In this document: one piece after another, positions 28,536 to 38,007 of the stretch
How positions within the stretch are numbered: the stretch's first letter is position 1
How the letters are laid out: each line of letters begins with the position of its first letter
From: Patescibacteria group bacterium
Lineage (GTDB): Bacteria; Patescibacteriota; Microgenomatia; UBA8517
Direction of reading: 5' to 3'
NCBI GenBank assembly: GCA_041742135.1
Contig: JBGSJG010000005.1
Coordinates: forward strand, 5,878 to 69,877
DNA: 64,000 bases
Translations under genes and position numbers: made by a program
Notes under the pieces: model-generated
Database searches by the model: none
What the model was told of the DNA's origin: nothing
The model's input: the letters and a program-made list of their open reading frames with translations, nothing else

Positions 28536-29693
28536 TTAATTATAATACTTCCTCCCCTTTATTTTCTCAGGCAAATAGCTTGATCCGTCATACATCTTGT
28601 AGTCTTTGCCGTAGTCTAAGCTTTTCATGAGCTTGGTCGGCGCGTTACGAATGTTTAGCGGCACAGGTAGGTTTCCGTATTGTTTTACGTCGCTTAAGGC
28701 GGCCATGTAGGCGTCGTATGCTCTACGATCCTTTTTTGCTAACGAGAGGTAGACGACTCCGTGAGCCAGATTTTCTTGGCACTCTGGATAGCCGATTATC
28801 TCGCAAGATCGGAAAACCTCATTTGCCACAACGAGCGCAGTAGGCTGAGCCATGCCAATGTCTTCTGATGCAAAAACTACCATACGACGAGCGATATAAA
28901 GTGGGTCCTGCCCGGCTTCAAGCATGCGCGCCAGATAATATAGAGCCGCATCAACCTGTGAAGCACGCATGGATTTTATAAATGCTGAAATCACGCTATA
29001 AAATTCTTCACCTGCTTTATCAAAATTAAGCTGTCTTCGCTGAAGTGCGTTTTCAATATCTGAAAGCTTAAGTGTTTTACTGCTCGCAATATTTGCCGCA
29101 ATCTCTAGGACATTAAGAAGGACGCGAGCATCAGAGTTACTGGCTTCGATAAGGAATTTTCGGGCTTCTTGAGTAATTTTAACCTTCAAGTATTCACAGC
29201 CCGTTTTCACGATTTTAGCCAATGACTTTTCCTGTAGTTCTTTGAGTACTAAAACTCTACATCTAGACAAAAGAGGTCCAATTACTTCAAATGATGGATT
29301 TTCAGTAGTAGCTCCTATTAAAATAAATTCGCCTTTTTCGACGTGCGGCAAGAGGCGGTCCTGTTGGGCTTTGTTGAATCTGTGTATTTCATCTAAAAAT
29401 AAAATGGGAGCTGGGACAATCTTTTGAGCAACAAGCTTTTGTATTTCTTTTGAAGACGCGTTTACTGCCGAGATCTCAATGTACGGGCGTTTAAGTCCTT
29501 CTGCGATTATTCTGGCAAGGGTGGTTTTGCCAGAGCCCGGTGGCCCCCAGAGAATAAGTGATGGGAAAAAACCAGCGCGCTTATAATTTTTAAATAATTC
29601 ATTGATTATTTTTCCAGGGCCCACAATGTGCTCTTGGCCAACGTAGTCAGCTAGAGTTTTGGGTCGTAGTATCTCAGGAAGTGGAGCGCTCAT
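28536..29693 (-). CDS. rarA: Replication-associated recombination protein A
   Basis: LRPKTL..YVGQEH, WGPPGSGKTT, DEIHRFNKAQQD, ATTENPSF and ASEDIG. Start MSAPL at 29693. Confidence 0.96.
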   Translation of the reverse strand: MSAPLPEILRPKTLADYVGQEHIVGPGKIINELFKNYKRAGFFPSLILWGPPGSGKTTLARIIAEGLKRPYIEISAVNASSKEIQKLVAQKIVPAPILFLDEIHRFNKAQQDRLLPHVEKGEFILIGATTENPSFEVIGPLLSRCRVLVLKELQEKSLAKIVKTGCEYLKVKITQEARKFLIEASNSDARVLLNVLEIAANIASSKTLKLSDIENALQRRQLNFDKAGEEFYSVISAFIKSMRASQVDAALYYLARMLEAGQDPLYIARRMVVFASEDIGMAQPTALVVANEVFRSCEIIGYPECQENLAHGVVYLSLAKKDRRAYDAYMAALSDVKQYGNLPVPLNIRNAPTKLMKSLDYGKDYKMYDGSSYLPEKIKGRKYYN

Positions 29694-29735
29694 ACAGCGA
29701 TTATACTCTGCCCGGCCAAATGCTAAGATTAATAG

Positions 29736-31565
29736 ATGATTAGAATAAAAAACGGACTCGGATATTTGGCGAGCGTTTTCTTTACCTTTCGCAAGGTGCT
29801 GGCGATAGCGTTTTCCGTTCAACGCGAGAAGGTTATTTTGCTTCTCATTCTCTCCGCCGCATCCGGGCTTTTGAATTTTCCTCTTTTGTATCTAGAAAAG
29901 CTGATTATCGACAATTTAGTTAATTTGGCTGGAAACGGGGATCTTAGGGCTGCGATGATCGAGATTTCTATCCTTGTTGGGGCAACTCTCGTTGTGTCTT
30001 TGACTGTTAACTTTATACAGACTTACTTAAGATATTTAAGAAAAATATGCTCAAGATATGTAAGCGCAGAAATTGATTTATTGGTTGCGTCTAAAGTTTC
30101 AAATCTTTCGCTTTCACGGCTTGAAAATGCACATTTTGCCGATCGATTTCAGCGCATTGAGCGTGAAAGCGGGCGGCGAGCATGGGCGATGATGATGCCG
30201 ATTTCATCCATTCCCGGGTCAATCATTGGCCTTATATCCTCAATTACAATCCTTTTTTTGCTACACCCTTTGATTGCCGTTGGTGTTATTTTCTTTTTGG
30301 TGCCACAACTACTTGTCGACTCGCGTTTTATTAAAAAGGAGTATGAGCTAGACAGCAGGCTTGCGCCTTTCGATCGAATCTGGGGATGGCTTAACCACTA
30401 CCTTACACGCAATCGTAGTTTTGCTGAGCTTAAAGTCTTAGGAGTTTCCGGCTATCTATCATGGAAGCTTCGGAAGACCCAAGAGAAAGTGCTAGGAGCA
30501 CGAACTGTGGTGAATCGCAAGCGTGACTTGGCGCAGTTTTGGACTGAAATCCCCTTAACCATTTTTGAATTTTCGGTCTCAATTGTTTTGGTTTTTTGGG
30601 TATTAAGTTTACGCATTACGATCGGCTCTTTTCAGTTCTACACACGAACTCTGCGCTCGGCCGAAAATTACCTTCGCGACTTAGTTAGCTCGGTTTTAGA
30701 GCTTTACGAAAATTACTTGTACGTTAAAGACTTGGTTTGGCTTTTGGGGGTAAAGACCGAGCAGGAGCGCCAAGTTAGTCTCGTGAACGAACCATTGCCC
30801 GATTCATCGGTAATCGAGTTTAAAAATGTTTGGTTCAGGTATAAAAAATCACAAAAATGGACACTTCGAGATTTCAATCTAACCATCAAGCCTTACGAGA
30901 AGCTGGCGGTCGTGGGGCTTAACGGAGCAGGCAAGTCAACTTTTATAAAACTTCTTTGTGGTTTTTATAAACCTGAGCGTGGTGCCGTTTTGGTTAATGG
31001 TCGCGAGCTATCCACAATCGATATTGATTCTTGGCGAAAAAATTTGTCAGTTCTTTTCCAAGAGTTTGAATCCTACACCTTTACTGTCCAAGAATCGATT
31101 GGTTATGGCGACATCGATAGACTTGATGATTTAGCCGCAATCGCGGGAGTTGCACAAAAAACTGGTATTAATGAGTTTATTGAAAAGTTACCTTTAAAAT
31201 ATAAAAACCCGCTCGATCCACAGTTTTACAAAGGCATCCGCCCTTCCTTGGGTCAAGCTCAAAGAATTGGTATTGCTCGCATGCTTTATAGGCAGAGCGC
31301 AACGCTACTAGTCATGGATGAGCCCACCAGTAGCGTCGATCCGGAGGTGGAGGAGCAGATATTTCAGGAAGTCAAAAGAGTCACGGAAAACAAAACTTTG
31401 GTATTTGTGACTCAAAGGTTTTCAACAGTCAGGCTTGCTGACAGAATAATTGTTATTGGCGATGGTCGTGTGCTTGAGGAAGGAACGCACGGGCACTTGA
31501 TCAAAAAAGGTAAAATATATGCTAAGCTTTTTGATTTGCAGGCGAAGGCATACAAAATTTCGTAA
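29736..31565 (+). CDS. ABC exporter, fused TMD-NBD, with degenerate motifs
   Basis: GLNGAGKST and MDEPTS; signature PSLGQ; H-switch position VTQRFST. Confidence 0.92.
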   Translation: MIRIKNGLGYLASVFFTFRKVLAIAFSVQREKVILLLILSAASGLLNFPLLYLEKLIIDNLVNLAGNGDLRAAMIEISILVGATLVVSLTVNFIQTYLRYLRKICSRYVSAEIDLLVASKVSNLSLSRLENAHFADRFQRIERESGRRAWAMMMPISSIPGSIIGLISSITILFLLHPLIAVGVIFFLVPQLLVDSRFIKKEYELDSRLAPFDRIWGWLNHYLTRNRSFAELKVLGVSGYLSWKLRKTQEKVLGARTVVNRKRDLAQFWTEIPLTIFEFSVSIVLVFWVLSLRITIGSFQFYTRTLRSAENYLRDLVSSVLELYENYLYVKDLVWLLGVKTEQERQVSLVNEPLPDSSVIEFKNVWFRYKKSQKWTLRDFNLTIKPYEKLAVVGLNGAGKSTFIKLLCGFYKPERGAVLVNGRELSTIDIDSWRKNLSVLFQEFESYTFTVQESIGYGDIDRLDDLAAIAGVAQKTGINEFIEKLPLKYKNPLDPQFYKGIRPSLGQAQRIGIARMLYRQSATLLVMDEPTSSVDPEVEEQIFQEVKRVTENKTLVFVTQRFSTVRLADRIIVIGDGRVLEEGTHGHLIKKGKIYAKLFDLQAKAYKIS

Positions 31566-32207
31566 ATGAGAAATACTAATTTGTTTGAAGGCAGGATTGT
31601 CGTTGAGAGACGTGTATCGAGTATCAACGGAGAACTTGTTGTTATTCGTGATTTAGCTTTTGGAACTTACATCCACGGAGGTGATATCCCTCAATCGGGC
31701 GGGTTGGCCGAGAGCATCTGGAAGCAGGTATTGAAAAATTTTAAGGATCGCGATATTACGTCGTGTTTAATTGTTGGGCTTGGGGGTGGATCGATAGCAA
31801 AATTGGTTCGTAAGAACTGGCAGGCATCCAAAATTGTTGGTGTAGACATCGATCCGGTAATTGTTGAGCTGGGCAGGAAGTACTTAAAACTTGATCAGCA
31901 AGAGGTTGAAGCTCATATCGAAGACGCCGAGAAGTTTATTGGTGAGGCTGTTAAGGCACACGACCTTTATGATCTGATTTGTTTTGATACTTACGTCAAA
32001 CAAGATTTCCCTTCCAAATTTGAATCAATCGAGTTAATCAGAAACGTCAAAAAATTGATGGCCAAGAATGGTATGGCGATTTTCAATAGATTATATGGAC
32101 CAGATGAGCGCAAAAAAGCCATAAATTTTGAAAAAACTCTTCTTAAGGTGTTTCCAAAAGTAGATCGATTTTTCCCCGAAGCGAATGTGATGTTTGTTTG
32201 TAGTTAA
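31566..32207 (+). CDS. Spermidine-synthase-like class I SAM-dependent methyltransferase
   Basis: LIVGLGGGS, GVDIDP and YDLICFD. Confidence 0.85.
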   Translation: MRNTNLFEGRIVVERRVSSINGELVVIRDLAFGTYIHGGDIPQSGGLAESIWKQVLKNFKDRDITSCLIVGLGGGSIAKLVRKNWQASKIVGVDIDPVIVELGRKYLKLDQQEVEAHIEDAEKFIGEAVKAHDLYDLICFDTYVKQDFPSKFESIELIRNVKKLMAKNGMAIFNRLYGPDERKKAINFEKTLLKVFPKVDRFFPEANVMFVCS

Positions 32208-33360
32208 ACAATCTTTGCCTTAGTAGCTAAATCCCAAGCTTGTTTTTTATTCATGACTGATGCCCCGAAGCTCGCGAAGACTAATAGCATCGAAAATAGC
32301 CAGCCTATTACCGGAATTGCGCTGACTAAATAATAAATTACGATGCCTCCAACAAAAAAGCCGTAGATGTTTGTTTTGATGTTGGTTTTTTGAGATATAA
32401 AATTCCCGATTGCGATCATGCCGTAAATTCGTGAAAGATATATAAATACTACAAAAAATAATGAGCCGATGAGGGCAACTGGAATGCCAATGATTGTGAA
32501 AACTAAGACCAGAAATACGATCAAACCAACAACTAAAGAAATAAATCCTTTTGTTGTTGTTTCAACCAAATTGGAAAGTACTAAGTCAGATCCTCTTTTT
32601 ATGTAATTGGGCATAAGTTTTATGGCAAGTAGGCCAATTATTAAAGTGGTAATTAAACTGGCTAGCTTCGTAAAAAGCGAGAAACCGCCTGCAACCGCTT
32701 CCCATTCTTGGTCGTAGTCTCGGGTCATAAATTCAGGAGTGGGCCTTCGGTTTATTGTCCCAGAAACTGAGGCAGTATCCGCCACTGAAATTTCTTCTTC
32801 GCTGATGTAGTTTACCGAACCAGCAATCTTAGAATTAGGAGTGATTCGGAGGTTTCCGACTGCGGCTTCTATGTCTCCTCCTACCAAGTTGCCAATGACA
32901 AGGTTTCCTACGCCTGCAGTTACACCTTTGCCAATCGGTGAATTAACGTTTACATTACCTCCGGCTGTTGTTAAGCTGCCTCCGATTGTTGCACTGTCAG
33001 TAAACTCCAAATTGCCCCCAACTGCTGTGACGTTTCGGCCGATGTCGCCCGTAAAAGTTACTTGGCCTCCTGCAACGCGAACGTTATGAAGGACTTCGCC
33101 TGAAATGGTAACTGTTCCTGCAGCCACAATTAAATCACCATTTATAAATCCATCAACCAAAACTGTACCCCCCGCGGCGTAAACGTCGCCATTTACTGTT
33201 CCATAAAGCTCAACCACGTCTCCAGTAACAAAATAATCTTTATTAATGATCTCTGTTTCGGAAAGCACCTTTACTTCCTGAAATCACTACGGGCATATAC
33301 TGCCGTTGGAGCCGCCACCAGGACTGCAATTAAACTAATAAAAAATAATAATTTGCGCAC
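32204..33360 (-). pseudogene. Beta-solenoid (bactofilin-like repeat) membrane protein with a frameshift after the signal peptide
   Basis: GTG 33360 gives MRKLLFFISLIAVLVAAPTAVYARSDFRK*. One extra T at the minus-strand TTT (33281-83) restores DFQEVKVLSETEIIN... with G.V.GD..AAGG.V repeats and C-terminal TMs. May be a sequencing error. Confidence 0.75.
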
Positions 33361-33425
33361 AGCTTATTCTAAACCAAATATTCGGTAGAGTGCAAATTAG
33401 CCAAGGTAAAGTATAATGGGTAGTT

Positions 33426-36122
33426 ATGATACAGCTATTCTCAAATATTTTAGATTTAAACAAGCGAGAAGTTACAAGAATTCAAAAGATTGTAGATAAG
33501 ATCAATGCCTTTGAGGAAAATGTAGCCAAACTCAAAGATAGCGATTTTCCTAAAAAAACCGAGGAGTTTAAAAAGCGTTTGTCTGGTGGTGAAAACTTGG
33601 AAGATATAATGGTTGAAGGCTTTGCCCTTGTACGAGAAGCCGCAAAAAGGGCCGTAGGCATGAGGCCCTATGATGTACAGCTTATTGCAGGAATCGCACT
33701 TTTTGAAGGCAAAATCGCCGAACAAAAAACTGGGGAAGGCAAAACCTTATCAGCCGCGGCACCTTTATATCTTCGAGCGCTTACTGGTAGAGGGGTTCAT
33801 TTGGTAACTGTTAACGATTATTTGGCCCGAATAGGTGCTGGTTGGAATGCCCCAATTTATGAATTTTTAGGTCTTACTGTCGGCGTAATTGCTCAGGAAC
33901 AAAAAAGCTATTTTTATGATTCGGGTTTCTCAGACGTTAGCCACGGAGACGATCGATTGGTTCATTTAAAGCCGGTTGAGAGGCGTGAGGCTTATCGCGC
34001 CGACATAACCTACGGGACCAACAACGAATTTGGCTTTGATTATTTGCGCGACAACATGGTGCCTGAGGTTTCGCGCATGGTACAGCGGGGTCATTATTAT
34101 GCAATCGTCGACGAGGTAGACCAGGTCTTAGTCGACGAAGCTCGCACTCCTTTGATCATCTCAGCTCCCGACATGGAGCCTACAGATAAATACTATAAAT
34201 TCGCAGGCCTTGTGGGGAAGCTTAACCCAGATACTGACTACACGATCGACGAGAAAGCAAAAAGCGCAACACTTACAGAGCACGGTATTTCCAAAGTTGA
34301 AAAAATCTTGGGGGTTAGTAATCTTTACGAAAAAGATTTTGACACGATTCATCACATTGAAAATGCACTTAGGGCTCGTGCACATTACCTGCGAGACCGC
34401 GAGTATATTGTTAAAGACGATCAGGTTATCATTGTCGATGAGTTTACAGGTCGGCTCATGCCTGGCCGCCGCTGGAGTGATGGCTTGCACCAAGCCGTAG
34501 AGGCGAAGGAAAACGTTAAAATCCAGCAGGAAAGTAAAACTCTAGCGACTATTTCTTTCCAGAATTACTTTAGGATGTATGAGCACTTGGCCGGAATGAC
34601 AGGAACCGCTGCCACAGAAGCTGACGAGTTTAGAAAGATTTACGACCTTGATGTCATCGTGGTTCCAACCCATTTGGCGACAAAAAGAGCGGACAAATCT
34701 GATTTAATCTATAAAACTGTACGTGGAAAATATAGCGCACTTGCGGCCGAAATTGCCCAGCGTTACGAAAAAGGGCAGCCTGTTTTGGTAGGTACTACGT
34801 CGGTGGAAAAAAATGAAATCATCAGCCAACTTCTTCGTAAAAAGAAAATTCCACATAACGTCCTTAACGCTAAAAATCATGAACACGAGGCTATGATTAT
34901 CGCCGATGCTGGAAAACCAAGAGGGGTAACAGTTGCTACGAACATGGCGGGGCGCGGTGTCGATATTGTCTTAGGAGGAGCAATTCCTGATCGGCCCGGA
35001 GAGCTAAGTTATGAAGAATACAAAAAATCAAAGGCTTATCAAAAGTGGCAAGAGGAACATGAAAAAGTCGTAAATGCCGGGGGACTTTATGTTTTGGGAA
35101 CAGAGCGACACGAGTCGCGAAGAATTGACAATCAGCTTCGCGGGCGCTCTGGCCGCCAAGGTGATCCGGGGGAGTCGAGATTTTATTTGTCACTCGAAGA
35201 CGATTTGATGCGCATTTTTGGAGGGGAACAGATAAGTGGCGTAATGGATCGGTTGCATCTTCCGGAGGATCAGCCAATTGAAAACGCATTGGTTTCGCGC
35301 GTCATCGAACAATCGCAAGTCAAAGTTGAAGGCTTCCACTTTGATCAAAGAAAGCGACTCGTCGAATATGACGACGTAGCCAACCAGCAGCGCGACATAG
35401 TTTATAAGCTTCGAAAGCGCGTACTTGAATCAAAAGACGTAAAGGACGAGGTCATGGAGAAAATTGAAAATGAGACTTCGCAAATTGTGAGTTTTAGCTG
35501 GCCAGAAAATAGCGAGAAAGCCGACTACGACAAGTTGGTTGTCGAGTTTTCAGAACTTGTTCCTTTTGATGAGCCTTCTCGCGAGCGACTCAAAGCGGCG
35601 TTTTCAAAAATTAATGATCGAGAAAAACTTGTTGAAGCTGTTAAAAAAGTGGTTCGTGAAACTCACGCCTCTCGTGAAAAAGAATTGGGGGCGGATTTGA
35701 TGAGACAGATCGAGCGCCACTCGTACTTAACCACAATTGATCACTTGTGGATGGATTACATAGACCGCATTGCCGATTTTCAGGAGGGGGTAAAACTTAG
35801 AAGCTACGCACAACGAGATCCGTTAGTGGACTTTAAAAACGAAGCCTTCAATATGTTTGAGACCCTACTAAATAAAATCGACAGCGAACTGTCACGTAGA
35901 ATTTTTAGAGTACAAGTGGTCTCGGGAGGAACTGGTATTCCACTCTCGCAAGCCAAAACTAATGTAGATACGGCTGATTCAACTGGTTTAGTAGACGAAA
36001 GTGCCGACATGACTGCCGCAACAGGTGAACCTGCCTTTGCTAAAAAAATGGGCCGTAACGACCCTTGTTGGTGTGGCAGTGGCAAAAAGTGGAAACACTG
36101 TCATTATCCTAACCGCAATTAG
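33426..36122 (+). CDS. secA: Preprotein translocase ATPase SecA
   Basis: KTGEGKT, TVNDYLA, DEVD, ATNMAGRG, RRIDNQLRGRSGRQGD and C-terminal GRNDPCWCGSGKKWKHCH. Confidence 0.99.
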   Translation: MIQLFSNILDLNKREVTRIQKIVDKINAFEENVAKLKDSDFPKKTEEFKKRLSGGENLEDIMVEGFALVREAAKRAVGMRPYDVQLIAGIALFEGKIAEQKTGEGKTLSAAAPLYLRALTGRGVHLVTVNDYLARIGAGWNAPIYEFLGLTVGVIAQEQKSYFYDSGFSDVSHGDDRLVHLKPVERREAYRADITYGTNNEFGFDYLRDNMVPEVSRMVQRGHYYAIVDEVDQVLVDEARTPLIISAPDMEPTDKYYKFAGLVGKLNPDTDYTIDEKAKSATLTEHGISKVEKILGVSNLYEKDFDTIHHIENALRARAHYLRDREYIVKDDQVIIVDEFTGRLMPGRRWSDGLHQAVEAKENVKIQQESKTLATISFQNYFRMYEHLAGMTGTAATEADEFRKIYDLDVIVVPTHLATKRADKSDLIYKTVRGKYSALAAEIAQRYEKGQPVLVGTTSVEKNEIISQLLRKKKIPHNVLNAKNHEHEAMIIADAGKPRGVTVATNMAGRGVDIVLGGAIPDRPGELSYEEYKKSKAYQKWQEEHEKVVNAGGLYVLGTERHESRRIDNQLRGRSGRQGDPGESRFYLSLEDDLMRIFGGEQISGVMDRLHLPEDQPIENALVSRVIEQSQVKVEGFHFDQRKRLVEYDDVANQQRDIVYKLRKRVLESKDVKDEVMEKIENETSQIVSFSWPENSEKADYDKLVVEFSELVPFDEPSRERLKAAFSKINDREKLVEAVKKVVRETHASREKELGADLMRQIERHSYLTTIDHLWMDYIDRIADFQEGVKLRSYAQRDPLVDFKNEAFNMFETLLNKIDSELSRRIFRVQVVSGGTGIPLSQAKTNVDTADSTGLVDESADMTAATGEPAFAKKMGRNDPCWCGSGKKWKHCHYPNRN

Positions 36123-37816
36123 TTATTAGGTACCAGTATGTTTTTTTGGAAGTGATAGATCTTGTTAACAAGTTTAAGCTCCTCCTTGTTATGGGTGACT
36201 AATATAACGGTTTTATCTTCTAGATATTCCATCAAAAAATGTATGATTTTTTCTTTGTTTTCATCGTCAATTCCATTGAATGGTTCGTCCAACAAATATA
36301 TTTGGCTGTCAGACAAAAGCCCTCTGAGTATTCTTAATCTTTGCAATTGTCCTGAAGAGAAGTTTGTATCCTTGTCGCCGATAATAACATCTAGATTCTT
36401 AAAGAAACGAATTATTTGCAGATTTTCCATTAAATAGTCTAGCCTGCTGCTATCGACACTTTTTCCCAGAAGAATATTATCTTTTATCGAAATGTTAAAC
36501 AAAGGGTCGTTATTGTTTATAAGCGTAATGTCGCCGGGCATAATATTAACACTAGCCATCTGTTGATCGTCAACACAATATCGCCCCGAATAGTCTGTCT
36601 GGCCCAAAAGTGTGTGTAAAAGAGTGCTTTTGCCAGAGCCGCTTTCCCCTAGTATGCCTATTTTGTCATTCTTGCTGATTGATAATTGAGGCACCCTAAC
36701 ATTAATTGGCAAGCCCTTTTGGTTTTTGATTTGAATGGAAATATTAGTAAGATTAATTTTCTTCCAGTCTTTTGGGAAACTACCTTGGGACCGAGTATTT
36801 CCTAATTCGAGATTGGCGAATTTAGAATTTACGAGTTTTGTGTTTTCCCTTTGCTGAATTAGCCCAACCATTACACCTATAAAATGGACAATAACCCCCC
36901 AAAGATTGCTGTATGACCACTGAAGTAAAATTAAGTATCCCAAGGGGAGAGCTCCTGAAATAACTTGGAATAATCCATAAGAGAAGGTAAAAATATAAAT
37001 AACATTGTAAAGCATAAGTTGGATGAACCATCTACTTGAGTGTTCAACTCTTACATTTTTGAATTTTTCCCAAACTTTACCCAAGCCGTCTACATATCTG
37101 CTTTCAAAATAATTAGCAATATTGAGTCGCTTGATTGAATTGAGATTAATTGTAAAATTTTGGATTAATGATCCCAGCTCTACATCTTCTTCAATATATT
37201 CGCTCTCAACTTTTGCATAACGCTTGGAGAGCCGAAGTGCTAAAATCATGAGCACAATTACAAGAATAATATTAATAATTAATATAAAGGGATTTTGCAA
37301 GTAAAGCACAAATGCAATAAGTACGATCCGAACCAAGTTGTCTGGTGTATTCCACACCCACTCTCTTAGAAAAGCTGCCACATTGTTTGTGTATTTGTCG
37401 ATTAGGATAGTAAGTTTCTCTTTTGAGAAGTTTTGAAGATGTGTCCAATTTGAGTTGAGAAAAGTTTTATAAAAGCTTAGCTTAAGTTCGTCAGCGTACA
37501 GCTTCGGAATTGCTTCTGCATATTTTCGTGTAAAGAAATCTAAAATCTCTACGCTGAAACGAATCACGACAAAAAGCGGAATAAAGAACATAAACAAACG
37601 GGACGGTGTGAGGCTTGATATCTGATTAAGCAGATTTCCTAGTAAAAGTGCAAACACAAAAGAACCGGAGCTTGAAAGAATTCGTATCAGAGTAAGAAGC
37701 AAAAAAATCTTCTTGTATCGGCCCAAATTCTTAAAAAAGAACGCAAATCCATAACTTGGAAGAGGATAGACCTCACGGATTTTTAGAAATGAACTGCCTT
37801 TCGCTTTCCAGAACAT
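36119..37816 (-). CDS. ABC exporter, fused TMD-NBD, AT-rich
   Basis: GESGSGKST, FSSGQ, LLDEP and LVTH; N-terminal TM domain. Confidence 0.9.
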   Translation of the reverse strand: MFWKAKGSSFLKIREVYPLPSYGFAFFFKNLGRYKKIFLLLTLIRILSSSGSFVFALLLGNLLNQISSLTPSRLFMFFIPLFVVIRFSVEILDFFTRKYAEAIPKLYADELKLSFYKTFLNSNWTHLQNFSKEKLTILIDKYTNNVAAFLREWVWNTPDNLVRIVLIAFVLYLQNPFILIINIILVIVLMILALRLSKRYAKVESEYIEEDVELGSLIQNFTINLNSIKRLNIANYFESRYVDGLGKVWEKFKNVRVEHSSRWFIQLMLYNVIYIFTFSYGLFQVISGALPLGYLILLQWSYSNLWGVIVHFIGVMVGLIQQRENTKLVNSKFANLELGNTRSQGSFPKDWKKINLTNISIQIKNQKGLPINVRVPQLSISKNDKIGILGESGSGKSTLLHTLLGQTDYSGRYCVDDQQMASVNIMPGDITLINNNDPLFNISIKDNILLGKSVDSSRLDYLMENLQIIRFFKNLDVIIGDKDTNFSSGQLQRLRILRGLLSDSQIYLLDEPFNGIDDENKEKIIHFLMEYLEDKTVILVTHNKEELKLVNKIYHFQKNILVPNN

Positions 37817-37887
37817 ATTTTTATTGTACTGCTTTTGAATCCACCTGAGTAATTAACTTATTTATAAATTTTTGATAAAATTATCTT

Positions 37888-38000
37888 GTCTTTGGGTTGG
37901 GGTCGCATTTAATGCGGAAGTGGCAGAAGTGGGTTAAACCCTACCTCCTTTCTCCCCAAGCAGATCGCCCACGTAAAGGCTTGGCTCCAACACCAAAGCA
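37888..38000 (+). ncRNA. Putative structured ncRNA (6S-like rod, unconfirmed)
   Basis: TGaTAAAAT at 37873-81; closing stem CTTTGG-GTTGGGGTC/GGCTCCAAC-A-CCAAAG with G-U pairs; GC-richer than its flanks; no ORF. Confidence 0.6.
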
Positions 38001-38007
38001 AAGAAAA

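Noticed and set aside
29694-29822. N-terminal extension of RarA overlapping the ABC gene (also track extensions of lon, copA, the HD gene and the VTT gene)
   Set aside because: Longest-ORF artefacts; downstream ATGs fit the family N-termini and the promoter or overlap positions.
37888-38000. SRP (4.5S) RNA call for the structured RNA near secA
   Set aside because: No CAGG..GNRA..AGCAG helix-8 consensus on either strand; kept only as an unassigned or 6S-like candidate.
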